Below, in pieces: positions 48,094-57,095 of a DNA stretch of 64,000 nt. Under the pieces are notes generated by a model. It had not been told where the DNA came from and searched no databases. It was given only the letters and a program-made list of their open reading frames with translations. The position numbers were made by a program, and so were the translations under genes. How positions within the stretch are numbered: the first letter of the stretch is position 1; every line of letters begins with the position of its first letter. The stretch is from contig CALKWM010000013.1 in NCBI GenBank assembly GCA_938004065.1, positions 75,914 to 139,913 on the forward strand, in the 5' to 3' direction. The stretch comes from an uncultured bacterium (GTDB lineage: Bacteria > Patescibacteriota > JAHJAL01).

Positions 48094-49263
48094 ATGAATA
48101 ATATTGACGATAAGGATATAATGAAAAAACAATATTCGCCATTGTTGTATTTATCGGCTTTGGGTGCGGGTGGTATTGCAGTTATGTTTTTCGCGGTTAT
48201 TAATTATACCTTTGATCATGGTGAGGGGTTGGCCAATGTTTCTCAAGTTTCTTTGGAAAATTTGGATTGGTGGAAGTATTGGGTTTTTTGTGGTTTTGAA
48301 GTAGGAATGGTTGTTTTTTCTTTGATCCATTTGTTTTTATCTTTGTATTTGTTGCCTGGATTGATAAGATTTGTTAGACATGAAAATTTCAAAGATTTTA
48401 TAAACGATCCGTTGAAAAATGCAGCGATAGTGGCGCCTTTAATTTCAATTGTTATGTCAATTAATGTAATGCTGTCGGTGGTGAGATTTTTTGTACCTTA
48501 TCTTTATGACAATTTACAGCAGTTTATGTTACCCGGGCTGTTGGCGTGGGGGTTGTTATATTTGTTGATAATGTTGGTAGAAATCTTGCTTTTGAAAATT
48601 TCTTTTACCAATGGATTTGATATTGGCAAGATAAATTTTGGCTGGTTGTTGCATCCTTTTGTATTGGGCATGTTGACGGTTACCGGGACGGGTATTGCGG
48701 CGATGGCCAAGGATTACGATATAGCCACAATAGCTATGGTATTGACTATTGTTTCAGGGAGCATGGGTTTGTTTTTGTTGTTGGTGAAAACTATTACTTT
48801 GTTTACGAGTCATTTTGCGGCTACCGGTTTGCCGGAAAAACAATTTTTGCCCAGTTTACTAATAGTAATTCCAAATATAACACTCTATGCTATTAGTTTT
48901 TTTCGGTTGGCACATTATTTTGAGAGACATCATGAGGCGCATATTCATACATTTCAACAAGTAGTAGTATTGACGGCTTGGGCGTTTGAAACTTGGTATT
49001 TGATTTTTGGATTGGTTTTGTTGGTTGATTATTTTAAAAAATATTTCCGAAAGGATTTTACGATTTCACAGTGGGGTTTGGTTTGCCCTTTTGTGGCGTA
49101 TGTAGTATTGGGAGCTTTTGTTTATAAAATGATTTTAGGGTATGATTTTGTTTTTGTTTATCTGTTGATATTTTTGTTGATTACTTTGTGGTTGTTTTTT
49201 AATCTATTGGTTAAACAAACTGCTTGCTGGGGTCAGAAAACAAGTTATTTTAATTGTGAGTGA
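48094..49263 (+). CDS. TsoY-like multi-TM membrane protein
   Basis: YSPLLYLSALGAGG N-terminus, about 10 TMs, WGLVCPFVA; family assignment from recall only. Confidence 0.6.
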   Translation: MNNIDDKDIMKKQYSPLLYLSALGAGGIAVMFFAVINYTFDHGEGLANVSQVSLENLDWWKYWVFCGFEVGMVVFSLIHLFLSLYLLPGLIRFVRHENFKDFINDPLKNAAIVAPLISIVMSINVMLSVVRFFVPYLYDNLQQFMLPGLLAWGLLYLLIMLVEILLLKISFTNGFDIGKINFGWLLHPFVLGMLTVTGTGIAAMAKDYDIATIAMVLTIVSGSMGLFLLLVKTITLFTSHFAATGLPEKQFLPSLLIVIPNITLYAISFFRLAHYFERHHEAHIHTFQQVVVLTAWAFETWYLIFGLVLLVDYFKKYFRKDFTISQWGLVCPFVAYVVLGAFVYKMILGYDFVFVYLLIFLLITLWLFFNLLVKQTACWGQKTSYFNCE

Positions 49264-49287
49264 GTATAATTTAATTGGGAGAAGAAA

Positions 49288-49626
49288 ATGTCAAAAGTAA
49301 TGCATTTAACAAATGAAACTTTTGATCAGGAGGTGTTGCAATCCGATATTCCGGTTTTGGTGGATTTTTGGGCGCCCTGGTGTGTCCCATGTCAGATGAT
49401 GGGTCCGGTATTGGATAAATTGGCGGAAAGTGTTGAAGAAAAAGTAAAAATTGCCAAACTGGATGTCGATAATCCTATGCATCAAGCATTGGCGATGAAG
49501 TATCAAATCAGTAGTATTCCCAGTATAAAGATATTTAAAGGTGGGCAAGTGGTCAGAGAATTGGTGGGAGTGATGAGTGAGGAACAATTAAAAGATGAAT
49601 TACGAAATGTTTATAAATATTTGTGA
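49288..49626 (+). CDS. trxA: thioredoxin
   Basis: VLVDFWAPWCVPC, SIP. Confidence 0.92.
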   Translation: MSKVMHLTNETFDQEVLQSDIPVLVDFWAPWCVPCQMMGPVLDKLAESVEEKVKIAKLDVDNPMHQALAMKYQISSIPSIKIFKGGQVVRELVGVMSEEQLKDELRNVYKYL

Positions 49627-49645
49627 TAAATAATAGGAGGATAAA

Positions 49646-50371
49646 ATGGAAGATGAAATATTTGAAAAAAAAGAAGAAATAATTTCTATGCCTCGGATCG
49701 GAGATTTGGCGCCGTCGTTTAAAGCGATAACAACACAGGGAGAAATAGATTTTCCAAAACAGTACAAGGGTAGTTGGGTGATATTGTTTAGCCATCCGGC
49801 TGATTTTACACCGGTTTGCACCTCGGAGTTTATGACTTTTGCCAGCATGGAAGAAAAATTTTCCCAGGCCAATTGCAAATTGGTTGGTTTGTCGGTGGAT
49901 GGTTTATATAGTCATATCGCTTGGCTTAGAACAATCAAAGAAAAGATTGAGTATAAAGGAATGAAAGATGTGGAAGTAAAATTTCCGTTGATTGAAGATA
50001 TTACTATGGAAGTAGCTAAAAAATATGGTATGATCCAGCCCGGTGAGAGCAATACCAAGGCAGTGAGAGCCGTGTTCTTTATTGACCCAAAAGGGGTTAT
50101 CAGGACGATAATTTATTATCCTTTGAGTTTGGGACGAAATTTTGATGAGTTATATCGAGTTTTGGTGGCATTGCAAGTGGCGGATAAATATAATGTGGCA
50201 TTGCCGGCTGATTGGCGGTTGGGTGATGACGTAATTGTTCCTCCCGCCGGTTCATGTGGGGTGGCTAAAGATCGGATGGAAGGAAAAGATGAAATGACAT
50301 GTCATGATTGGTTTTTTTGTACCAAAAAGATCGATGCCGGTCAAATTGAGAAAGATATTTTAATGAAGTAG
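49646..50371 (+). CDS. peroxiredoxin (Prx6/archaeal-type)
   Basis: FSHPADFTPVCTSE, YYPLSLGRN, PADW, CHDWFFC. Confidence 0.93.
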   Translation: MEDEIFEKKEEIISMPRIGDLAPSFKAITTQGEIDFPKQYKGSWVILFSHPADFTPVCTSEFMTFASMEEKFSQANCKLVGLSVDGLYSHIAWLRTIKEKIEYKGMKDVEVKFPLIEDITMEVAKKYGMIQPGESNTKAVRAVFFIDPKGVIRTIIYYPLSLGRNFDELYRVLVALQVADKYNVALPADWRLGDDVIVPPAGSCGVAKDRMEGKDEMTCHDWFFCTKKIDAGQIEKDILMK

Positions 50372-50395
50372 TTGTTAAATAGATAATTCGTAGAT

Positions 50396-50426
50396 AAAAC
50401 AGAGTCATGATTTGGCTCTGTTTTTG
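50396..50426 (+). terminator. intrinsic terminator
   Basis: AAAACAGAGTCA-tgat-TTGGCTCTGTTTTT. Confidence 0.6.
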
Positions 50427-50642
50427 TTTAGTGGATGACTGTCTTTACAGTGGAAGGAGTATGATGTTTATGATCCGAGGGTGAGTTTATGGATGCATTT
50501 TTAGGTACAATTTGCTATACTGAAAAAATTTTTGGTAAAAATATTGTTAAAAAAAAGTTATTGTTCGGTAAATTTATTATGTAACTTGATTTGATATAAT
50601 TGGTTTGGTTAGAAAAGTTATTTTTTAAATTAAGGATTATAT

Positions 50643-51695
50643 ATGAAAAGAGTATTTTTTTTGATTTTTTTGTTTTTTGCTTTGCTGATTTTACCGGCTT
50701 GTAGTATGCCAATAGTATTGGAAAATATTTCGACATTTACTGTGATCGGTGATAAAAATCAGATCGAGTATCGGCCATTTAAGCAAGCAAGTTATCAATA
50801 TCTATCTGATGATAGTCAAACATTTGAAAGTTATACCTGGATAAAAACTCATGAAAGTGAAGCAATTTTGGATTTTGGTGATTTTGGTGTCATGTTTATG
50901 GACAAAAATTCAGTAGCGCAAGCAAGAATCTGTGATCAAGGTGTTTACGTTGTTCAGATAGAGGGTAATGGTTATCACGCTGTCAATCCGGTAGCCGAGG
51001 GGAAATATTATAACGTGTTGACTGGCAATGGTCTGCATGTGGTGAAAGGGACCGGTTTTGGGACAGAAGGTACGGATTCCAGTTGGACGGATGAGGGCGA
51101 AGTGATAATTGTAGATGAAATCACGGAGCGACATGAGGAAATGAGCGAGGAAGATGTACCGGATGGCCCGTTGTGGGTATATGGTGGCCGAACCAGTATT
51201 GTGATTCGAAGGCAAATTCCCAGAGAAGCTGGTGGTGCAACCGGTACCAATGTGGGTGCCGGGCAATCAAGAACGAATGGAACCAGTGAATATTTCGATC
51301 CGAATTTGGCGGGTAGTAGTTGGAGGCAGAGAGCGCGTGATCTTTATCGACGATGGCGGGAGTTGGAAGCGCAACGTTATCAGTTGGGAGACGAGGAATT
51401 TCGCCGTCGGCTGATGGGACTGTTGAATTCATATTTGACAACTATTTCTGATGAAGAACTGTATGCTGATGTAACAAATTGCGATGAATTGAGGAAAAAT
51501 TTGCCAAGTGCTTTGTTTGCAATTGGTCAACTCAATGCGTCCGATGATATGCGGGCGGCGGCAGATAAGGTATTTGAAGAATTTGGTGGTTTGGATGGAA
51601 TGGAGAACTTTTTAAATCATGTGTGTGATGATGATGTTATAGACAGTCGGGAGCGGGAGTTTATCAATCAACTAGATGAGTTTTATGGTTTGTAA
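50643..51695 (+). CDS. putative lipoprotein with FecR-like domain
   Basis: Lipobox LPAC; IKT...AILDF...MDKNS and VKGTGF patterns. Confidence 0.55.
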   Translation: MKRVFFLIFLFFALLILPACSMPIVLENISTFTVIGDKNQIEYRPFKQASYQYLSDDSQTFESYTWIKTHESEAILDFGDFGVMFMDKNSVAQARICDQGVYVVQIEGNGYHAVNPVAEGKYYNVLTGNGLHVVKGTGFGTEGTDSSWTDEGEVIIVDEITERHEEMSEEDVPDGPLWVYGGRTSIVIRRQIPREAGGATGTNVGAGQSRTNGTSEYFDPNLAGSSWRQRARDLYRRWRELEAQRYQLGDEEFRRRLMGLLNSYLTTISDEELYADVTNCDELRKNLPSALFAIGQLNASDDMRAAADKVFEEFGGLDGMENFLNHVCDDDVIDSREREFINQLDEFYGL

Positions 51696-51902
51696 TTTGA
51701 TATATATTTTTTTAGAGAAATTAGTCAATATTTGTGTTTGTTCTGTTCGTTGCATAGAAATTTTGATCTAAAAAAGTAGAGGTATTTGTTGTTTTTTTAG
51801 TGTATTGTTTGGAAAAGTTGTTGGAAATTAAAATATGCAAAGAAAGAAATAATACTAAAAATATGATTTGTGATATAAATTCCGAGCGAAGAATGAAAAA
51901 TT

Positions 51903-52097
51903 ATGAATAAAAAGATAGATTATTTACTTTTTGTGGTATTGGTTATCGGAGTGTTTTGGTTGATATATAGCTTGAGGGTTAGTTGTCCTGAAGTGATAAA
52001 TTTGATGCCATGTGCGTGTATTGATGATTCTTGTAATAACTGTCCAAGCTCGAATGTTCCCTGGTATTGTTATGGAAGAACGGAAATAGTTCGGTAA
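51903..52097 (+). CDS. small Cys-rich membrane protein
   Basis: TM followed by CPEVINLMPC...C..C. Confidence 0.5.
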   Translation: MNKKIDYLLFVVLVIGVFWLIYSLRVSCPEVINLMPCACIDDSCNNCPSSNVPWYCYGRTEIVR

Positions 52098-52135
52098 AGA
52101 TCATTTGGGATTGGAAAAATATTTTTAAAATAATT

Positions 52136-53221
52136 ATGAAAAAAATTGTAGCGGTTATACTGTTTGGTTTTTTTCTCGGTTTGGTATGGCCACAGCCGGT
52201 TTTGGCAGTAATGAAAATAACGGTGTATGGCGATCAAATGGAGTCAAATAGTCCGGGAGTATATAGTAATCATGATATGGAATTTTAAATTGCCTGATGG
52301 GTTGTCTTTGGGGGTTGGCAAGGAGATGGATATTTCACTGGCGGCGGAGTTTGATATGAGCATGATTACTATTGATGATGTAGATCTGATTGCTGATGGA
52401 GTAAATATGGTGTTGGTAACGGGTGATCCTGCGGTGGCCAATGAAGCGAAATTTATCAAGAATGGAAACAATCTTCGTTTTGAGTTTCATGATAACCTCT
52501 TTGTTCCGGATGATCACTCAATGCGATTGATAGTGGGGACAAATGCTTCGGGTGGAACGAATAAGATCAGGAATCCCTTGGTTTCAGGAGTGTATTTTTT
52601 ATATATACAAACATATCAGGCGGATCATGTTGGTTTAAAAAAGGATAATGGTGAGTTGGCATACAATATTGGCGAGGGTACGGTAGTAACGGCGACAGTT
52701 CCTTCAGTCTTGTCATTTGCGGTCGATGGTGTGGCTATGGGTAATGCTTGTTCCAATTCGGGTGGAAATGCTGACGTGACTACAACTGTGGTTAGTATTC
52801 CTTTTGGGGTGTATCTGGGAGCGGGAAAAAAATTGCTTGTCAATCGTTGATAGTAAATACCAATGCGACGAATGGATATATTGTTACGGTGCAACAGAAT
52901 CAAAATCTTACTAGCGGGAGTTTGGATACAATCAATCCGTTTGTGGGTAGTTATCTGGTGCTGATGGTTTGGAGTGGTCCACCGGGATTGGGAGTAGAGT
53001 CGTATTTTGGTTTTACTACTGATGATGTTGATTATGCAAATTTTCAATCGGATAAGTATGGTTCTTTTGCGAGTGACAATCATCCTTATAATGTGGTGGT
53101 GGAGACCGGACCGGTGGTGGGTGAAATCAATTATATTTCTTATCAGTTGGAAGTAACCAATATGCAGGAATCGGGTATTTATAGCAATGATATTACATAT
53201 ATCGCGACGGCGATTTTTTAG
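52136..53221 (+). pseudogene. secreted beta-rich surface protein split by two frameshifts
   Basis: Signal peptide from ATG 52136 stops at 52288; continues in frames 52227..52850 and 52847..53221 ending ITYIATAIF; breaks near a T-run (~52283) and an A-run (~52826). Confidence 0.65.
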
Positions 53222-53298
53222 GAACGTGTTTTAAATGTGATTTGAAAAAAAATATCGCCATTGTTAAAATTGATGGCGATTATTCATATTAAAAAAAT

Positions 53299-53814
53299 TT
53301 ATTTTTGTTTTCCGTAGGCGTCATAATGTCCGGACTTTATGTCTTGAACAGTAGTTTTGCCTGCGGAGATCGAAATTTGGTAGTTAGCGATGGGATTCTC
53401 GGTCCCATCGTCGTGTCCCGTTTGGCTCATCCATGCCTCGATCATGCCTTCTCCCGGAGGGATATTATAGATAACATATTCCCCCCTGTCATTGGCGGTG
53501 GCAGTGTACAGATTTTCTGTACTATTACTGCCTTGAAAAAGATACAATTTGAGGTAAGCATTGGGGATGACAGCGAATTGGTCGCTGACCAAGCCCCGGA
53601 TTGAGCCAGTTGTTGGAGTTGGTTGAACGGGATTCGGGGTTGTGGTAGGAGAGTCGGAGCATCCGGCAATAATCATTAGCAAGATTAGAAAGAGAATTAT
53701 TTTTTTGCCTAAATTTTTGGAAAAAGATAACATTTTTTTACCTCCATTTTTAAAATTCACATTCATTAATGAACGCGTAGGTTGATGATAGCATGAAAAC
53801 CGTTTAATATTCAA
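53299..53814 (-). CDS. lipoprotein with carboxypeptidase-regulatory-like domain
   Basis: Lipobox IAGC, PT linker, GSIRGLV...GEYVIYNIPPG; start probably 53733. Confidence 0.65.
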   Translation of the reverse strand: MNIKRFSCYHQPTRSLMNVNFKNGGKKMLSFSKNLGKKIILFLILLMIIAGCSDSPTTTPNPVQPTPTTGSIRGLVSDQFAVIPNAYLKLYLFQGSNSTENLYTATANDRGEYVIYNIPPGEGMIEAWMSQTGHDDGTENPIANYQISISAGKTTVQDIKSGHYDAYGKQK

Positions 53815-53871
53815 TGATCACTTTTAAGGTATAATAAATATATTAAATAATATTTTAAATCGGAGGTATTT

Positions 53872-54270
53872 ATGAAAGGTTTTAATGCAAATATTGAACA
53901 AGAAACTTTAGCCAATGACAATTTTCGGAAAGTTCTGTATACTGGCAAGCATAGTCAATTGGTTTTGATGAGTTTGCTACCCGGGGAGGAGATAGGGATG
54001 GAGATTCATGCTGGCAACGATCAGTTTTTTCGGTTTGAACAGGGGACTGGCAAAGTGTTGATTGATGGTAATGAGTATGAAGTAAAGGATGGATCGGCGA
54101 TCGTGGTGCCGGCGGGGGCGGAGCACAATGTTATCAATGTATCCGAGAATGAAAAGTTGAAATTATATACAATCTATTCTCCGGCTCATCATCAGGATGG
54201 GGTAATCAGATTGACTAGAGATGAAGCATTGGCGGATGAACCGGAATTTGATGGAAAAACAACGGAATAG
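53872..54270 (+). CDS. cupin domain protein
   Basis: QLVLMSL..GEEIGMEIH...DQFF...PAGAEHNV...LYTIYSP. Confidence 0.92.
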   Translation: MKGFNANIEQETLANDNFRKVLYTGKHSQLVLMSLLPGEEIGMEIHAGNDQFFRFEQGTGKVLIDGNEYEVKDGSAIVVPAGAEHNVINVSENEKLKLYTIYSPAHHQDGVIRLTRDEALADEPEFDGKTTE

Positions 54271-54351
54271 AGTTCTAAAAAAATTATGTCGAAAAAGATA
54301 TTGATTGATGAATTGGAAAAACGATAGTGTTTGGATGGCCGGAGACCAAAA

Positions 54352-54380
54352 ATAACAACTGTATGTACAGTTGTTATTTT
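54352..54380. terminator. hairpin / possible terminator
   Basis: AATAACAACTGTA-tg-TACAGTTGTTATT. Confidence 0.5.
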
Positions 54381-54474
54381 ATCTTTGAAAGGTTTTGTTA
54401 TATTGATATTGAGTGTAAATAATATTTAATGATGTTTTCTGGTGGCGAATTAACTATATGTTATGGAGAAATAA

Positions 54475-55113
54475 ATGAATTGGAAAGGTTTATTGGGTAA
54501 GCTTACTGCTCGAGATGTGTTTTTGCTATCTCTGGTGGTAGTTTTGTATGTATTGGTCTCATTTTTTGCCAAAAGTTACGAGAGTTATTTGATGCAATTG
54601 TTTTTGCTACAAAGTTGGGCAGGAGTGATAGTGTATATTATGTTAATTGCAGTTGGATCGGCAACACCAATGAGTACGGTAATTTTTATGCCGATGGCAG
54701 TAGTGATGTGGGGTAGTTGGTGGTCGGCTGTTTATACGATGATAGGATGGTGGTTGGGAGCGGTGGTTGTTTTTATGTTGACCCGAAAATATGGTCGGCC
54801 GTTGGTGGTGAAATTTGTTGACCCGGAGAGATTGGCAAAGTTTGAAGGGTTATTTCCCAGAGTAAATGTTTTTTGGATGATGGTTTATCTTAGAATAATT
54901 TTTCCGGTAGATATTTTGAGTTTCGGGTTGGGATTGGTTGGAGGCATTAAACTATGGCAATATGTTTTGGCGACATTGTTAGGGATAATTCCGCCAGCTT
55001 TGATATTGGCTTTTTTTGCAAAAATTTCAATTTTTTGGCAGATATTGATGGGTATGATATTGATATTTCTGTTGCTGTGGTTTTTTATGAAAAAAAATAA
55101 TAAAAAAATATAG
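54475..55113 (+). CDS. TVP38/TMEM64 (DedA/VTT) membrane protein
   Basis: LTRKYGR, LRIIFPVDILSFGLGL, ATLLGIIP. Confidence 0.8.
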   Translation: MNWKGLLGKLTARDVFLLSLVVVLYVLVSFFAKSYESYLMQLFLLQSWAGVIVYIMLIAVGSATPMSTVIFMPMAVVMWGSWWSAVYTMIGWWLGAVVVFMLTRKYGRPLVVKFVDPERLAKFEGLFPRVNVFWMMVYLRIIFPVDILSFGLGLVGGIKLWQYVLATLLGIIPPALILAFFAKISIFWQILMGMILIFLLLWFFMKKNNKKI

Positions 55114-55195
55114 TTAATCGGTAATGTTGTAAGTATTGGATGTTTGATATGTTATAACAGTTTTTGCAAGAAAAATCCTAGTCAAATCGTAGTAA

Positions 55196-55639
55196 TTGGT
55201 GAAATACCAATTACTATTTTTATTTATGGACAAAAAACTAAAAAACGTGTGGCCGGTATCGCTATTTTTGGTGTTGATTGTGTTGATAAGCGGTTGTGAT
55301 TATGGTCAAGAGATTGTCGAAAATACAAATCAAAATGATTTAAATATTTTGGACAATGGTAACGATCGGGAAGTGGGGGAGATTGATTACCAGTATATCG
55401 ATGAAAAATCCGGGGAGACTATTGAAGATGATGGAGGTGCGGCCCTTGTATCCGAAGTTAAAAAATTGATTGTGGATGGAAATAAATGTATCGGTTGCGG
55501 TAAATGTGCCAGGACGGCATCGGTAAATTTTAGTATGGAAAACGGGACGGCGATGGTGATTTCGCAGGATGGTCTTGACAGTGTTGTAGTTGATGGTGCG
55601 ATCAAAGGATGTCCTGTGCGAGCAATTCAAATTATTTAA
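55196..55639 (+). CDS. lipoprotein-anchored ferredoxin-like protein
   Basis: Lipobox ISGC; KCIGCGKC...GCPVRAI; start probably 55226. Confidence 0.75.
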   Translation: MVKYQLLFLFMDKKLKNVWPVSLFLVLIVLISGCDYGQEIVENTNQNDLNILDNGNDREVGEIDYQYIDEKSGETIEDDGGAALVSEVKKLIVDGNKCIGCGKCARTASVNFSMENGTAMVISQDGLDSVVVDGAIKGCPVRAIQII

Positions 55640-55799
55640 TGAGTTGTGCTAATTAGAAAAACAAAATATGGATTGGATCCCCGATCCTGCATCCGAGCAT
55701 TCGCCGGACAGGTTCGCCGGACAAGTTATCGAAGCGCCCGCCGATTCGGCGGACTTTCGACTCGAGGATGACAGATAAAAAAATAAACTAGCACAAATA
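55640..55799. mobile_element. MITE-like repeat family A, copy 2
   Basis: TGAGTTGTGCTA...GGATCCCCGAT...CGAGGATGACAGATAA...TAGCACAA. Confidence 0.6.
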
Positions 55800-55831
55800 A
55801 TTAATTAAAAATTTTTGAAAATTTTTAAATT

Positions 55832-56326
55832 ATGGATTTACATTTAATTTTTGCTAAACTTGCTTGGTTGTTTTTGATTGCAGTAATGTTGATTCGACCG
55901 GTCAATGATGTTTTTTGTTTTGGATTGTGTCGCAGTGGGATGAGATATAGGAAATATCTGGGTATTGCGGCCGGTATTTTTGCCGTGCTCCATGTGATTT
56001 GGTTTATGGTTGAATATGGTTTGGACGTTGGTTTTTTTATCGGTCCGGTATGGGATTTTACAAATTTGTTCGGCTGGGGGATGTTAGCGTTAATTTTTAT
56101 TTTGCCACCCTTGTTGACTTCCAATGTTTGGTCACAAAAAATTTTCCAAAAAAATTGGAAATTGATTCAAAAATTGTCATATTTGGCATTTGTATTTACC
56201 GGTATTCACATTGCATTTATTGTCGATAGATTGTGGGTGGGATTGGTACCGGTAGTTGTATGGTTGATATTTGTAATTGTGGCTAATGTTAAAAAAGATT
56301 GTCAAAAAAACTATTGTAAAAAATAG
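55832..56326 (+). CDS. ferric reductase-like transmembrane protein (MsrQ-like)
   Basis: RKYLG...LH, LLTSN, WKLIQKLSY...IH heme-ligand pattern. Confidence 0.8.
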   Translation: MDLHLIFAKLAWLFLIAVMLIRPVNDVFCFGLCRSGMRYRKYLGIAAGIFAVLHVIWFMVEYGLDVGFFIGPVWDFTNLFGWGMLALIFILPPLLTSNVWSQKIFQKNWKLIQKLSYLAFVFTGIHIAFIVDRLWVGLVPVVVWLIFVIVANVKKDCQKNYCKK

Positions 56327-56332
56327 ACTTTT

Positions 56333-56944
56333 TTAAAGCCAATCGGTTAAATTGTCAATAATGTTGTTGGTGTATAAATAATAGACCAATCCAACCAGAG
56401 CGGAATGTTTGATGGCTCTGGTGGTAATGCCATAGAGTAAAAAATCTTTGAAATCGATTTTAAGGACTCCAAAAATTATCGGGAAGTATGGTAATGGAGC
56501 AAAACTGATTAATGGCAAAGCATAACGGTCATATTTTTGCATAAAATCAGTAACTTGTTTGAATTTTTTTTTCGTGATGAAAAGCAAAGCGACTTTTTTA
56601 CCGTATTTATAGCCGATATAAAAGGCGATTAAACTACCGATGGTGCTACCCAGTATGATGACCAGTAAAGCAGTGATCATATTGAGACCGATAAGTTGAC
56701 TGATGATAATCAAAATATCAGTTGAAAGCATTTGTGGGATCCCTTCGAGTAGAGCGGCAAATAATCCGAGGCCAAAGTAGCTGTATTGATATAAATATTC
56801 GGTGAAAATATTTAGCAGATTATCATAATAAATATATGAGAAAACGAATACTGCGATGATGGTCAGGATTGCAAATATTCGAAAAAATTTGTTAGTGGTA
56901 AATTTCATAAATTGTGGTTGTATATTATTTATTACGCTAAACAA
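56333..56944 (-). CDS. DedA/VTT domain membrane protein
   Basis: GSTIGSLIAFYIGYKYG, APLPY. Confidence 0.75.
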   Translation of the reverse strand: MFSVINNIQPQFMKFTTNKFFRIFAILTIIAVFVFSYIYYDNLLNIFTEYLYQYSYFGLGLFAALLEGIPQMLSTDILIIISQLIGLNMITALLVIILGSTIGSLIAFYIGYKYGKKVALLFITKKKFKQVTDFMQKYDRYALPLISFAPLPYFPIIFGVLKIDFKDFLLYGITTRAIKHSALVGLVYYLYTNNIIDNLTDWL

Positions 56945-57095
56945 TATATTTTTATTGCAATAGTTTAAATTTATACTTTTGGGAGAAAAAAGTAAAAAAT
57001 GTAAAAGTTATTAAAGCCGAAATAAACCGGTTTGATTTTATGAATTGAAGATAAGTATATATAATGGTAGTTGTAATACTAACCAATAATAAATT

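Noticed and set aside
49255-49269. TGA readthrough (selenocysteine or code 25) at the end of the TsoY-like gene
   Set aside because: Readthrough adds only two residues before TAA, no SECIS was seen, and TGA acts as a stop elsewhere in the window
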